IMG/VR virus record: IMGVR_UViG_3300020048_000007
Coordinates: 32,001 to 96,000 of that record
DNA from: a virus
Lineage: Duplodnaviria > Caudoviricetes
DNA: 64,000 bases
Direction: 5' to 3' (one strand)
The notes under the pieces are model-generated. The model was not told the DNA's origin, did no database searches, and was given only the letters and a program-made list of their open reading frames with translations. Made by a program: the position numbers and the translations under genes. Within the stretch, counting starts at the first letter, position 1; each line of letters starts with the position of its first letter. Of this stretch, positions 38,322 to 47,648 are shown piece after piece.

Positions 38322-39204
38322 ATTCCATAAAACGCAAGGACTTCTCTATCTTCCCACAAGCATCAATTAATAACTTGCGAGACTTACTCGATATTTTCTG
38401 CAACACCTTTTTATCCAAAGAGCCTAAAACCTTAACAACATCGGTCGCTTTTTTGTCGGAAGCAGCATCACCTATAAAATCGTCTGGCAAACCATTCTCT
38501 AACCATTGATGTAACCTCTTCCTAAAATCTTTCGCCCTATGGATCATAAACTCACCATCGTCCCTAAGATGGACAAGATATGAATCAGAAAGCTTAAAAT
38601 CGGTATTCTTCTCGATTATCAGACGATATAAGCTCAATTGTATGCTATAATAGTTCAACTCGCAATTATCAAGATCGTTAAATGGTTGAAGAAGCTTCTC
38701 GTAATGGTTATCTATTCGAAATTTACCGGTCTTCCAGTCGAATATGTGCTTTGATTCAGTGCCTTTTATAGTGCATCTAAATATAGCGTCAACTCGACCA
38801 GCGACACCGTATTGTGCATCTCCTACTACGCATTCTTGATACTCAAGTTTAGCTTTTAATTTAGAAGCTAGTCTTTCCCAGACTTTATCAAAAGCGTTCA
38901 TTGCTTCTATGCGGTTGTTTACGGCTCTTGTGATAGGGTCTATTTTATCGACCATTAGGTCTTCTATATATGTGTGCAATCTTGTGCCTCTGTCTCTGCC
39001 CTGTTCTCCTTTCTTTTCCCATTGTTGCAGCACCTCTTCTTGTGTTAACCCATCTCTTTCTGCTACTCTCTTGCTGACTCCTTCTTTGTCGAAGTCTGGT
39101 TTTAATCTTGATACAAGTGTGGTGGCCGAGATGAGGTTTTTATCATCTATTCTGTAGCCGTGGTTTTCAGTGTCTACTATAATGTGTTTGAATGCATTTT
39201 CCAT
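38299..39204 (-). CDS. PD-(D/E)XK family nuclease (phage exonuclease-like)
   Basis: SATTLV...RGTRLHTYIE...QECVV...VAGRVDAI...IFDWKTGK...YSIQLSLYR. Confidence 0.85.
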   Translation of the reverse strand: MENAFKHIIVDTENHGYRIDDKNLISATTLVSRLKPDFDKEGVSKRVAERDGLTQEEVLQQWEKKGEQGRDRGTRLHTYIEDLMVDKIDPITRAVNNRIEAMNAFDKVWERLASKLKAKLEYQECVVGDAQYGVAGRVDAIFRCTIKGTESKHIFDWKTGKFRIDNHYEKLLQPFNDLDNCELNYYSIQLSLYRLIIEKNTDFKLSDSYLVHLRDDGEFMIHRAKDFRKRLHQWLENGLPDDFIGDAASDKKATDVVKVLGSLDKKVLQKISSKSRKLLIDACGKIEKSLRFMEYGDNDDV

Positions 39205-39310
39205 ATAGTTTAAATACTGTTAAGATCTTATGAAGTTGCTTAAAATGACAGAATTAACCGTAAACCTCGCTGATGTATCTCAAAACATATCATGCACAAA
39301 GGAGGGCAAA

Positions 39311-39556
39311 ATGCCTAAGCTACCAAGTCCGCATGTCATAGCAGCGATAGTCGTTCTTAGCTTCGCGGCAATTGCAAATACCGACGCTACTATAAAAGCA
39401 CTCGAACAAGAGCAGAAAATACTTGATGATAAAATATTCGATATTATGAGAAGAACATACATTAGACTCAAGATAGAAAATAAGTTACGAGGTCATCTCA
39501 AAAAAGAGTATGAGTCATTCATTGGGTATGACCTCGTGCTTAATCACCAATCATAG
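39311..39556 (+). CDS. Hypothetical protein
   Basis: Probable start MPKLPSP at 39311 after AAGGAGG (ORF track starts 39230). Confidence 0.55.
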   Translation: MPKLPSPHVIAAIVVLSFAAIANTDATIKALEQEQKILDDKIFDIMRRTYIRLKIENKLRGHLKKEYESFIGYDLVLNHQS

Positions 39557-40224
39557 CTCTCTAACATCATCTTCTTCAAAGATCTGCGAAAGCTTTCGGT
39601 TTTTGGAGAACGACCACGAACCCTATCAGCAAAGCTGCTAAATCTGGCTTGCGAATCGCCTCTCCTTGGTCTGAAAGAAGAAGCTGATGATTGAGCAGGT
39701 GCGGCAGCCAGCTCTGGTTCATCAGAATCATACTGGTCTATCATATCCCACATTGAGTCGTCGTATTCGACACCTTCTGGGTCTTGACCGTACAATTCAG
39801 GCATCGGCCCATATGCTCGTTCGCGTTCTGGGTCCGGCTCTGGCATTGGAGGACCTTGCGGCCATCTCCAACTTTTTGGTTTATCGTCCATCTTCATTTC
39901 TTCGCTACCACGAAGAAAATCAGTATCAGATTCACCTGGGGAGTGGTAGACAGTGCCGGGCACGTCGCGTGCAGTCCTCCATAAATGGGCATTGTTAGGA
40001 TCATCATGCAGATCCTGGATTACTTTACCAACTGCAGCCGGGCTAGCTCCGCCAATGAGCTCAGCAATTTCAGCGTTACTCCACTCACCCGGGTGGTGAA
40101 TAAGAATATCTAAAATCTTTTCCCGAACACCTTTCGTGATATTCTTTCTTGGACCAGCCTCATTTAGATCATAAGACATGGCTTCAGCGATTAAAGCAAT
40201 AATATACGGAGACATATTTGACAT
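39544..40224 (-). CDS. HTH-containing protein; candidate packaged head protein
   Basis: ILDILIHHPGEWSNAEIAELIGGASPAAVGKVIQDL (wHTH-like). L/I-x-E motifs at both termini (LIAE, LNEA, KTESF, MLESY). Confidence 0.65.
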   Translation of the reverse strand: MSNMSPYIIALIAEAMSYDLNEAGPRKNITKGVREKILDILIHHPGEWSNAEIAELIGGASPAAVGKVIQDLHDDPNNAHLWRTARDVPGTVYHSPGESDTDFLRGSEEMKMDDKPKSWRWPQGPPMPEPDPERERAYGPMPELYGQDPEGVEYDDSMWDMIDQYDSDEPELAAAPAQSSASSFRPRRGDSQARFSSFADRVRGRSPKTESFRRSLKKMMLESYDW

Positions 40225-40240
40225 AGCTGACCTCTCTTTC

Positions 40241-40903
40241 TTAACTTATGTTTACGTCCACAAAGCCAAGTTCGTCCAGACAAATAAAAGTTGTGCCATC
40301 TATGGTATGTGACCAATCATTATGATAATGCCCAAAATACCAGAGCGAAGGCTTATGAATTTCAAACATCTTCTGGAGATATATTGAGGTCAAAGTCGCA
40401 AAAGACAGCGGATCAAAACCGAATCCTGTTAGAACCCTATCATCGCCTACCATAGAAGTCAGCATTTTAGGGCACTCGTGCGTTACCATTATATCTGGTT
40501 TAGCTGCTTTGTATGCTTCCAAAGCTTTTTCAAAAACATCTTCTTTTAGCTCTTCATTAAACCAGTAAGTCGGAGGACCACCCCAAGACATAGCCCTAAG
40601 CCTAGATCGTTTGTCTATGGAGAAGCCGCCACGCACAAAAAACAGCCTAACACCACCCAGAACAGCAGACCCGTAATCTTTTGAACCGTCTGAACTGGTT
40701 ATAGCGTGCGGCGTCTGGTAGTAGTCGTCATAGTTATCATGGTTTCCACCCACAAAGACGTGGTTAGATGATGCAAGAGGGGACAGAGGCTCATAATCGA
40801 ACCCCATGTCCCCAACTTGTAGCGAATATTCTGATTCAGATGCGATTTTCAGATATTCACTGTATTTGCCGTGCACATCACCAATAATTCTCAACATGTT
40901 CAC
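40241..40903 (-). CDS. Calcineurin-like metallophosphoesterase
   Basis: GDVHG, GDMG, GNHD, THECP, FGHYH. Confidence 0.88.
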   Translation of the reverse strand: MNMLRIIGDVHGKYSEYLKIASESEYSLQVGDMGFDYEPLSPLASSNHVFVGGNHDNYDDYYQTPHAITSSDGSKDYGSAVLGGVRLFFVRGGFSIDKRSRLRAMSWGGPPTYWFNEELKEDVFEKALEAYKAAKPDIMVTHECPKMLTSMVGDDRVLTGFGFDPLSFATLTSIYLQKMFEIHKPSLWYFGHYHNDWSHTIDGTTFICLDELGFVDVNIS

Positions 40904-40934
40904 CTCAGAGTTATGTTACTCTCTGAAATACATG

Positions 40935-41150
40935 TTAGGCGTTGTAGGCTAGAAACTCCAAATACTTTGCGTTTTTGGGTATCGTCACTTCTTTGGTGAG
41001 GGTGTTGTCAATTGTGCCTATATTGGTTAATGTTGTGCCATATAGGTTTGAGCTCCCTACGATGTACTTTGTTCTATTCTCTTCGCTATTTGGTGGCACT
41101 TGCACGAAACCGTTAATAATTGGGTATTGTCTAAAGATTCTGATAGCCAT
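40935..41150 (-). CDS. Small hypothetical protein
   Basis: 71-aa ORF with an AAGGA RBS. Confidence 0.55.
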   Translation of the reverse strand: MAIRIFRQYPIINGFVQVPPNSEENRTKYIVGSSNLYGTTLTNIGTIDNTLTKEVTIPKNAKYLEFLAYNA

Positions 41151-41221
41151 GGTTCACTATCCTTTCAAGATTTGGGTGAGCTGTTAATTTATATTTTATA
41201 AGCCACAGGCATACTATTCCA

Positions 41222-42742
41222 TCATATCAAGTCATTCCAATTCAGACTACCATAAACATCACCGCCGCCAGCCAAATGTCTCACAGCTAACGTAAGTGTA
41301 TCAGAAGTAGGTGTTTGGTCCCTTCCGATCTGCATATCAAAAATGTAGTCTAAATCCGTGTTAACTGAACCCCTAGCTTGTGTGCTGCTGGTAAAAAACC
41401 CAGATTCCTCAACAACACCACCACTCATTGATGTAGCATTAGCATTATAATCAACATTGCCACCGCTGGAGCTATGGTTAATCCATGAGCCACCGGTTAT
41501 AGTAGCATTGCGAATCAAAGAAAATTCATAGTAAGCACCATTTCCTGTGCCCGAAATATGTATCTGACCAGGTATAACCACCGCATCTTCTCTACCAGTA
41601 GCTAATCTAAGAGAAACAACCGGAGCCCACCCATCAGCAACAGCAGTGCTGGCTATGGCAGTCGTCCTAGTCACTGACCATTGCTTAGTCTTTTGATTAT
41701 ATCCACCTTCTGAAATCGCTGTAGAGCATATTTTTTTCAGTGTAGATGATGAGCCAGTGGTTCCAGTATTCTCAATCTCATATCGTAGTGGCAAGCAGGC
41801 TGTCGTCATGTATGTGGTCAGTTCTATATTATTATGCCTGAAAGTGTGCGCTAATACATATTGGCCATCTACTATGAACCCACATCTAACATTGCCCACC
41901 CCAAGCCATTCTATGTCTATCCAAAATATTTGAGTCTTGTTTATTACCAGGTCAGCTAGAACATCATTATTCCAACTATCCTGCCTAATTCTTCTTGTGA
42001 CGCCCAGACTTTGACTACGTAGCACAAGATAATTGTATTCACCGTCGTTTTCTAAGTATATTCCATTGTTTAGACCGAAGTATCCAACCCGCTGCCTTAA
42101 ATTAGTCTTAGGTGTGTTCATCGCGAAAGTCATGAGTAATAGCAGACTTTTACCGGGCTGGTATGGTATTACTCTTACAGACTCTTGTATCACCTTACTG
42201 CCAGTTGATCCTGTGACGTTTAGATTCACAGCACTCTCTGCGGCGACATAAGTGGCATTGCCACTGCTTGCAGTAACGGTGCTCCATTTGCTATCTTGTT
42301 TATACCTATTCTGGCTGTCGAATATGGTTAGTGGCTGTGATATTCTTTGTCTTCCAAATGAATCAGTAGTTCCAAATGCAGGGGTCGAAATTGCTGTTAT
42401 GCTATTGGTTACTTCTACGGCTATTGGGTCTGTTCCCCCATTTTGGACTATTACTGGGATGGGGTTATTATTATCATTGCTTACTTCTACTAGACCTTCT
42501 ACGGCTATTGGGTCTGTTCCCCCATTTTGGACTATTACTGGGATGGGGTTATTATTATCATTGCTTACTTCTACTAGACCTTCTACGGCTATTGGGTCTG
42601 TTCCCCCATTTTGGACTATTACTGGGATGGGGTTATTATTATCATTGCTTACTTCTACTAGACCTTCTACGGCTATTGGGTTATTGTCATCATTTGCTAT
42701 TTCGACCTCATTCACCACGTTAACATTTCGTAGAAGACTCAT
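41222..42742 (-). CDS. Putative virion structural protein (beta-rich) with N-terminal 28-aa tandem repeat
   Basis: DSFGRQRISQPLTIFDS...YQPGKSL...QRVGYF...FWIDIEWLGVG-x-VRCGF, a pattern I recognise from uncharacterised proteins of large phages. Confidence 0.7.
   Translation of the reverse strand: MSLLRNVNVVNEVEIANDDNNPIAVEGLVEVSNDNNNPIPVIVQNGGTDPIAVEGLVEVSNDNNNPIPVIVQNGGTDPIAVEGLVEVSNDNNNPIPVIVQNGGTDPIAVEVTNSITAISTPAFGTTDSFGRQRISQPLTIFDSQNRYKQDSKWSTVTASSGNATYVAAESAVNLNVTGSTGSKVIQESVRVIPYQPGKSLLLLMTFAMNTPKTNLRQRVGYFGLNNGIYLENDGEYNYLVLRSQSLGVTRRIRQDSWNNDVLADLVINKTQIFWIDIEWLGVGNVRCGFIVDGQYVLAHTFRHNNIELTTYMTTACLPLRYEIENTGTTGSSSTLKKICSTAISEGGYNQKTKQWSVTRTTAIASTAVADGWAPVVSLRLATGREDAVVIPGQIHISGTGNGAYYEFSLIRNATITGGSWINHSSSGGNVDYNANATSMSGGVVEESGFFTSSTQARGSVNTDLDYIFDMQIGRDQTPTSDTLTLAVRHLAGGGDVYGSLNWNDLI
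42412..42681. repeat. Perfect 84-bp tandem repeat, about 3.2 copies
   Basis: ctattgggt recurs at 42421, 42505, 42589 and 42673. The units look identical and encode PIAVEGLVEVSNDNNNPIPVIVQNGGTD. Confidence 0.95.
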
Positions 42743-42757
42743 CTCTTTCCCATCCTA

Positions 42758-43321
42758 TCATATCAAAAAGTATGAACCTGATTTTTTCACTATTGTAAAA
42801 GACTCATAAGGAGTCACGATCGACGGGTTGCCCTCACCATCAATCTGAACATTGAATTGTACAGCGTTGCTAGTAGTGTCTATTTTTTTGACAGTTATAG
42901 TGTTAGAATCGAACATATCACCCAAGTTTATAGAAACACTGCCAGCCGCAGCATCTACTAATAATATAGTGTTATTCGGAAGAGCACTAGAAACCACGTA
43001 GTTTTGTACTACGCTGATAGTGCTACCGGTTTTTTGACCAATGAAGAGCCAGTCTCTGAATTGGTCTAGCTTCGGACCGAACGCTACCGTGGTCGTGATT
43101 TGGTCTAAACGAGCCTGGTCTATATCCAGTTCTAGTAGACCATCTTGAAAAATGGTTCTGAACTCTTCTGTATGATTGTCATTATAAGCCACCCGAACTA
43201 TAAATGAATGCAATATTATATCTTTAATAAAATTCGGTATGCCATAATCATCAGGCACCAATTGTGGCGTGAATTGTTCCTGGAAACCGCGACTATTTGG
43301 AATATCAAAGTTATATGGCAC
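42758..43321 (-). CDS. Hypothetical protein with fibre-like C-terminal beta segment
   Basis: GTG start. C-terminal ILLVDAAAGSVSINL...ITVKKID...QIDG...YESFTI pattern occurs in phage structural proteins. Confidence 0.6.
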   Translation of the reverse strand: MPYNFDIPNSRGFQEQFTPQLVPDDYGIPNFIKDIILHSFIVRVAYNDNHTEEFRTIFQDGLLELDIDQARLDQITTTVAFGPKLDQFRDWLFIGQKTGSTISVVQNYVVSSALPNNTILLVDAAAGSVSINLGDMFDSNTITVKKIDTTSNAVQFNVQIDGEGNPSIVTPYESFTIVKKSGSYFLI

Positions 43322-43324
43322 TTT

Positions 43325-43717
43325 TTAATCCTGTATAAAGTCACTGATATATTTAATTTGTTGCTCAGACAGCATTTTATGCTCATTGACTATTAGTATA
43401 GGCTTGCCATAAAAATTAGCATTTACATGATAATTTTTAATATTTGGCAATAATGATTCGTCTGAACAGTTTTCAACGACAAATTCTGAGATCATATCAA
43501 TCATTTTATCAGGAATGTACTCGTTGTCTCTTCCTTCAGCGAAAATATAATCATCAAAAATTCTGTCAGCGGTCATTTTACCATTCTTGATAACGCATAT
43601 AACCCTATTACCGTTGACCGTATTCGCGATACACAGACCGTACTGCAAGAATGACTCTTTTAACGAGTACAAGTCTCTCCATGTTATACATTTTCTTATG
43701 TATTGAACTATATCCAT
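43325..43717 (-). CDS. Hypothetical protein
   Basis: 130-aa ORF in a co-directional run. Confidence 0.6.
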   Translation of the reverse strand: MDIVQYIRKCITWRDLYSLKESFLQYGLCIANTVNGNRVICVIKNGKMTADRIFDDYIFAEGRDNEYIPDKMIDMISEFVVENCSDESLLPNIKNYHVNANFYGKPILIVNEHKMLSEQQIKYISDFIQD

Positions 43718-43796
43718 TTAACTATATCCACTATGGGCATGTTGATTTTACTCACACACTTAATATTTGATATAACACGGCAGACATGCGTGCCTT

Positions 43797-44018
43797 CTAT
43801 AGATTTTTCACATCTGCAACAGCCACATCAGTGAGTATACTGTTCAGAAGCACTTCATCTCTACAATAATCAACAAGCTCCATAGACGCGGAACCAGGGT
43901 GCTTCTCATCGTATTCCAAGATAAACTTTGGATCTTTTATAGCAATATCAATCAACCGCTTCCCAGAATAGATGCCGTCAGTGACTCTGATAAGGTCGTT
44001 CCTGTGTTTATTAGCCAT
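43797..44018 (-). CDS. Small protein with degenerate DUF3820-like motif
   Basis: DGIYSGKRLIDIAIKDPKFI resembles FGKYKG-x-x-L-x-D-x-x-x-x-DP-x-Y. Confidence 0.5.
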   Translation of the reverse strand: MANKHRNDLIRVTDGIYSGKRLIDIAIKDPKFILEYDEKHPGSASMELVDYCRDEVLLNSILTDVAVADVKNL

Positions 44019-44067
44019 CTCTTAGACCCTTGAAGGTATTAGGTAATCACCAGATATCTATCACTGG

Positions 44068-45021
44068 TCAGTCTCCAGCTCTGTTCAATGCGGCTGGTGA
44101 GGGGTCACTGGTATTATACCAGGCAAGTATCTGATTAAACCCATCTTCACCAATATATGATATCATCTTTTCGACATAAATTCGTTTAGTATCTGTCTCT
44201 GGTAAGGCTTGCCAACCCGCCCCGACATTTTCTATAGTTGATTTTATAGTAGAAGATAGCTTTTCTGGAGCAGCCTTCAGTATCTCTACAGCGTCATCTG
44301 GATATGCCTTGAGCAAATTAATAAGAAGTTTAGGCGTTTCCTTGAAATTTGTTCTAGAGAATATCGGGCGGTATTTATTCCCCAGCTCCTCAGCGTCCTT
44401 ATAAACCTGACAAAAATTAGTCAACAACAGCTCAATGAATTTCTTTGTCAATAAAACGTTATAATAATAAGCCCTAGCCTTAGTAGAAAAAATACTGCGA
44501 CGAGCCTCATTAATAGTAAAAAAGAACAGATTGATGTCTTCTTGGACCTGCTTGCCTTCTTCGGCCTGAGCCTTGGCTGGGTCATTTCTAATCACCGAAA
44601 AATAGTATAGCCTCAATTGTTTGTTTGTGATATTATAGACCTCTTGCACTTTCGGCCCAGGCACCAATCTTTTGATTATCTCTTCTGTGATTTTAAACTC
44701 ATAATTGCTGGGGTCAGACGGCACTTGTGGAAAGCGGGTTAACCCGCTATCTTTGAATTCTTTAGCGTTCGCAAACTTTTTATAAAAATAATTCTTTATT
44801 AAATTTTGCATAGTCGCTTCACCCATTTTGGCGGATGGGTCTATGTTATTATATAATTCAACATAGTTTGATGGTATGCTAATCGGCTTATTTAGTTCAG
44901 AATGTATCTTACCGATATAATACTTAAAATGGCTGCGATCCAGATCAGCCAGGCCATAACCGGGCTCTGGTTTCCTATTAGGATATTCTACAATTGGTTC
45001 ATGTATTGAAGATAGTCTCAT
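44068..45021 (-). CDS. Hypothetical protein; candidate internal head protein
   Basis: 317 aa. N-terminus MRLSSIHEPIVEY has two I-x-E motifs. Confidence 0.7.
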   Translation of the reverse strand: MRLSSIHEPIVEYPNRKPEPGYGLADLDRSHFKYYIGKIHSELNKPISIPSNYVELYNNIDPSAKMGEATMQNLIKNYFYKKFANAKEFKDSGLTRFPQVPSDPSNYEFKITEEIIKRLVPGPKVQEVYNITNKQLRLYYFSVIRNDPAKAQAEEGKQVQEDINLFFFTINEARRSIFSTKARAYYYNVLLTKKFIELLLTNFCQVYKDAEELGNKYRPIFSRTNFKETPKLLINLLKAYPDDAVEILKAAPEKLSSTIKSTIENVGAGWQALPETDTKRIYVEKMISYIGEDGFNQILAWYNTSDPSPAALNRAGD

Positions 45022-45072
45022 TATTATCCCTATAACATCTAGCCGTTCTCATAAATTATATTTGGGACCAAA

Positions 45073-45765
45073 TCAGATTAAGCCATTTTTACGTTCGCGG
45101 TAACGCCTAGTTCTCTCCCGACTATCAGACTTACGACGTTCATATTCAGCTAGTTCTATCCAGACTTCTCTACCATAAGTATTATAATGCCAAAACACTT
45201 TACCATCTATAATAGTCCCACGCTTAACCTTATTATCGACCTTGAGCAGAATTCTGTCCCTCCGTATCCGACACTTCCTAACACATCTACCTGCGGTTTC
45301 TCTGCGAGCTTCGACATGTTTTTTTAAGCCTTCAGGGTCCTTCCAGCACGGTCTGTTGTGCGTATAATATGCAAAAAATAGTCCAGGCTTACTCGGATGT
45401 GGATCTCCAAAATTTAACGGCTCTTTTTTAAGCTTCGCGCACCTAGCTTTATGTCTCTTACGTATTCCGTCTCTTTTTTTCCTTATTAGAAGATATTCAT
45501 TGTAATCTACCCATCGTTCTTTAGAACTTGTCCTCCCAACATAATATAATTTCTTGTGAAAATCATAATACCAAAGGGGCGGGTGCTCCTTCGTATTAAA
45601 AAGCTCTTTGTCCCTAGTCTCATAATCTTTGCAAATCTTAACTTTCTCATTGAATCTCTTTTCATCATACCATAACTGTCTGCCGCCACTGTATGCGAAA
45701 AAGATTCTGCCATCAGCACCGACATCACCTCTCTTAAGAGGCCCATACTTGCTGAATCGTTCCAT
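45073..45765 (-). CDS. Basic protein with 3-4 repeats of a (K)RG(D)...DG-x-x-F-x-x-Y...W motif
   Basis: KRGDVGADGRIFFAY..LW, FGDPHPSKPGLFFAYY..CW, KRGTIIDGKVFWHY..VW, each followed by an Arg/Lys-rich helix. Confidence 0.7.
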   Translation of the reverse strand: MERFSKYGPLKRGDVGADGRIFFAYSGGRQLWYDEKRFNEKVKICKDYETRDKELFNTKEHPPLWYYDFHKKLYYVGRTSSKERWVDYNEYLLIRKKRDGIRKRHKARCAKLKKEPLNFGDPHPSKPGLFFAYYTHNRPCWKDPEGLKKHVEARRETAGRCVRKCRIRRDRILLKVDNKVKRGTIIDGKVFWHYNTYGREVWIELAEYERRKSDSRERTRRYRERKNGLI

Positions 45766-45767
45766 GA

Positions 45768-46007
45768 TTAAGCTCCGTAGTAAATGAACTCATTGCCGTC
45801 AATAATGCGGTCAGCAATATTCATCGCATTCGGGTTAGCATCATGCTTAGCCATAATACGGACCCCATTATTATTGATAAGCAAAGTTAGTTGCCCCTCA
45901 ACATCCGCTAGAGTACAACAATTCGCAGCGGACAACTCAGCCGCACATGCATCTGACACTGATGCTCCCTCCATTTCAAGAGCTAAAATGATCTGTGATT
46001 TAGTCAT
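45768..46007 (-). CDS. Hypothetical protein
   Basis: 79-aa ORF in a tight run. Confidence 0.55.
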   Translation of the reverse strand: MTKSQIILALEMEGASVSDACAAELSAANCCTLADVEGQLTLLINNNGVRIMAKHDANPNAMNIADRIIDGNEFIYYGA

Positions 46008-46049
46008 TGATGCTTAGATTTCCTCTGATAATGGACTTTCTGAACCGAA

Positions 46050-46265
46050 TTATCGTGGTCTAGCAGGCGGATATTTTCGTTCTGGTTGATTAAAGCTATA
46101 AACCAAGCCATCTTTTATAGCCTGTGCCGCTTCCTCTATGGTAGGGTAATAAACAGGCGACATACCGGTTTTCACTACGTACCCATTACCTATTTTCTGA
46201 ATCCTGATTTGTACACTAACATCATTCGGCTCATTGCGCACTACGAATTCTAATTCTGGCATCAT
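46050..46265 (-). CDS. Hypothetical protein
   Basis: 71-aa ORF in a tight run. Confidence 0.6.
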   Translation of the reverse strand: MMPELEFVVRNEPNDVSVQIRIQKIGNGYVVKTGMSPVYYPTIEEAAQAIKDGLVYSFNQPERKYPPARPR

Positions 46266-46736
46266 TCACTCATTCCTGCTAGAGATACCACCGTCTAAAG
46301 CCCACAGCTCAAGTTGTGGGCAATCACTCTGGTTTGCCCAAATCACAACACCATCCTCTTCTATCGAGACCGGCATGTATAAGTTGTCTTCAATGGCCCA
46401 GTAAGCAGCTGAAGCTGCACTCATGACTGATTCGTGATAAGACACATCTGCAGTGCCGCGCTCCATATAATTCAACCGAACATTCTTGGCGACTTCTTCT
46501 GCCTTCTCTATTGGCTTGTATTCATCGAGTACCTTGCCGCATATAGTGCAATAATCTTGTTCTACCGCATCGTCAAACTGCTTTTTAGATGCTACGAGCC
46601 CAAATCTTACTGCGGCATTCAGCCTACGAGCTATGAACTCAGGCCAATTATCACTAACGGAGTCATTCAGCCAATCATCTATCAGATCCTTGTGGATCAA
46701 ATCGGGTGTGATAGTATACTTGTCTTCTATGAGCAT
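46266..46736 (-). CDS. Hypothetical protein
   Basis: 156-aa ORF with one CxxC. Confidence 0.6.
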   Translation of the reverse strand: MLIEDKYTITPDLIHKDLIDDWLNDSVSDNWPEFIARRLNAAVRFGLVASKKQFDDAVEQDYCTICGKVLDEYKPIEKAEEVAKNVRLNYMERGTADVSYHESVMSAASAAYWAIEDNLYMPVSIEEDGVVIWANQSDCPQLELWALDGGISSRNE

Positions 46737-46747
46737 ATCATATATCC

Positions 46748-47029
46748 TTATTCTGGGAAAAATGGCACGTATTCTCTATGATATAATTTGGTGGGCTTTG
46801 CCTTCCAAATTCTGCTTCTAAAATCATATGTGAGAGAGGCTTGTGGCTCATCATATTCAGAATTATGCGGAACGTACACGTAAATCCCAATTGCTTTTGG
46901 ATCGGTTTTTTCCGCAAAATTGACGATAGCCTCCAAATCAGAAGACTTAATCCCGCTAACTGAGTCAAGATAGACATCTAAAAACCCAGTACGGCTGATC
47001 CTATATCCCTCAAAGCCTTCAATAGTCAT
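46748..47029 (-). CDS. Hypothetical protein, paralogue of 49612-49860
   Basis: Start MTIEGFEGYRI by ATGA overlap. Aligns with F-x-GYRI...D/EIYL...DL-x-x-I-x-NFA-x-x-x-DP. Confidence 0.65.
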   Translation of the reverse strand: MTIEGFEGYRISRTGFLDVYLDSVSGIKSSDLEAIVNFAEKTDPKAIGIYVYVPHNSEYDEPQASLTYDFRSRIWKAKPTKLYHREYVPFFPE

Positions 47030-47556
47030 TTTGCTAGCCCTTTCCTGGCTTCTTCTAGTACCCAATTCAAAAGCACAGGGCGATATCCAGTATGTTCAAC
47101 ACATACGTTCACATACCTAAAATCCCTGGCCCCATCACGCATCACATGATTGTGATGTGTATGACCATGGATGTTAAAGCTGAAACGACCAATACAATCA
47201 GGATGAATAGGGATATGTGACATTACGGCTCTCTCATGGACATGCACAGCCCTTATGTCTCTAAAGTATCTGCGATACAGCGATATCCTTTCTGTGTCGT
47301 GATTACCACGAATCAAGACTTTATCGCCATTTAGCTTTTCTAGAATGTGTAGATTCTTGGCTTTTATTGCTACGTCGCCTAGGTGATATACTTTGTCGCA
47401 TGGTCGTACCACACTGTTCCATTGTTCGACCATGAAGTCATCCATCTCTTTGGATGTTTTAAATTCTGGCCTGGCGGCTGAGCCGTCGGCTTTGAGATAT
47501 GTGAGCATTTTCTCATGCCCAAAATGCGTGTCGCTGGTGACGAATATCTGTTTCAT
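47026..47556 (-). CDS. Calcineurin-like phosphoesterase (phage type)
   Basis: TSDTHFGH, YHLGDV, RGNHD, SHIP, NIHGHTH, NVCVE. Confidence 0.9.
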   Translation of the reverse strand: MKQIFVTSDTHFGHEKMLTYLKADGSAARPEFKTSKEMDDFMVEQWNSVVRPCDKVYHLGDVAIKAKNLHILEKLNGDKVLIRGNHDTERISLYRRYFRDIRAVHVHERAVMSHIPIHPDCIGRFSFNIHGHTHHNHVMRDGARDFRYVNVCVEHTGYRPVLLNWVLEEARKGLAK

Positions 47557-47564
47557 ACCACTCT

Positions 47565-47590
47565 ATGGCAAGCACCTGGGTTGGCGTCAA
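47565..47590 (-). promoter_or_regulatory. Putative promoter TTGAC(G/A)CC-N12-TGCCA, copy 1
   Basis: TTGACGCC-aacccagg-TGCTTGCCAT in intergenic DNA just before ATG 47556, with an AT-rich tract upstream. Confidence 0.65.
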
Positions 47591-47648
47591 TTATATTATT
47601 TAGGCAATTAAATTTATATTATAAAACAATTCTGCAGGGAGCTACTAT

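Noticed and set aside
38299-39204. Cas4
   Set aside because: It lacks the clustered C-terminal Cys motif for the Fe-S cluster, and there is no CRISPR context. It fits a generic phage PD-(D/E)XK exonuclease.
42412-42681. Tandem repeat as a possible CRISPR array
   Set aside because: The units are contiguous, identical and in-frame coding, with no unique spacers and no cas genes.
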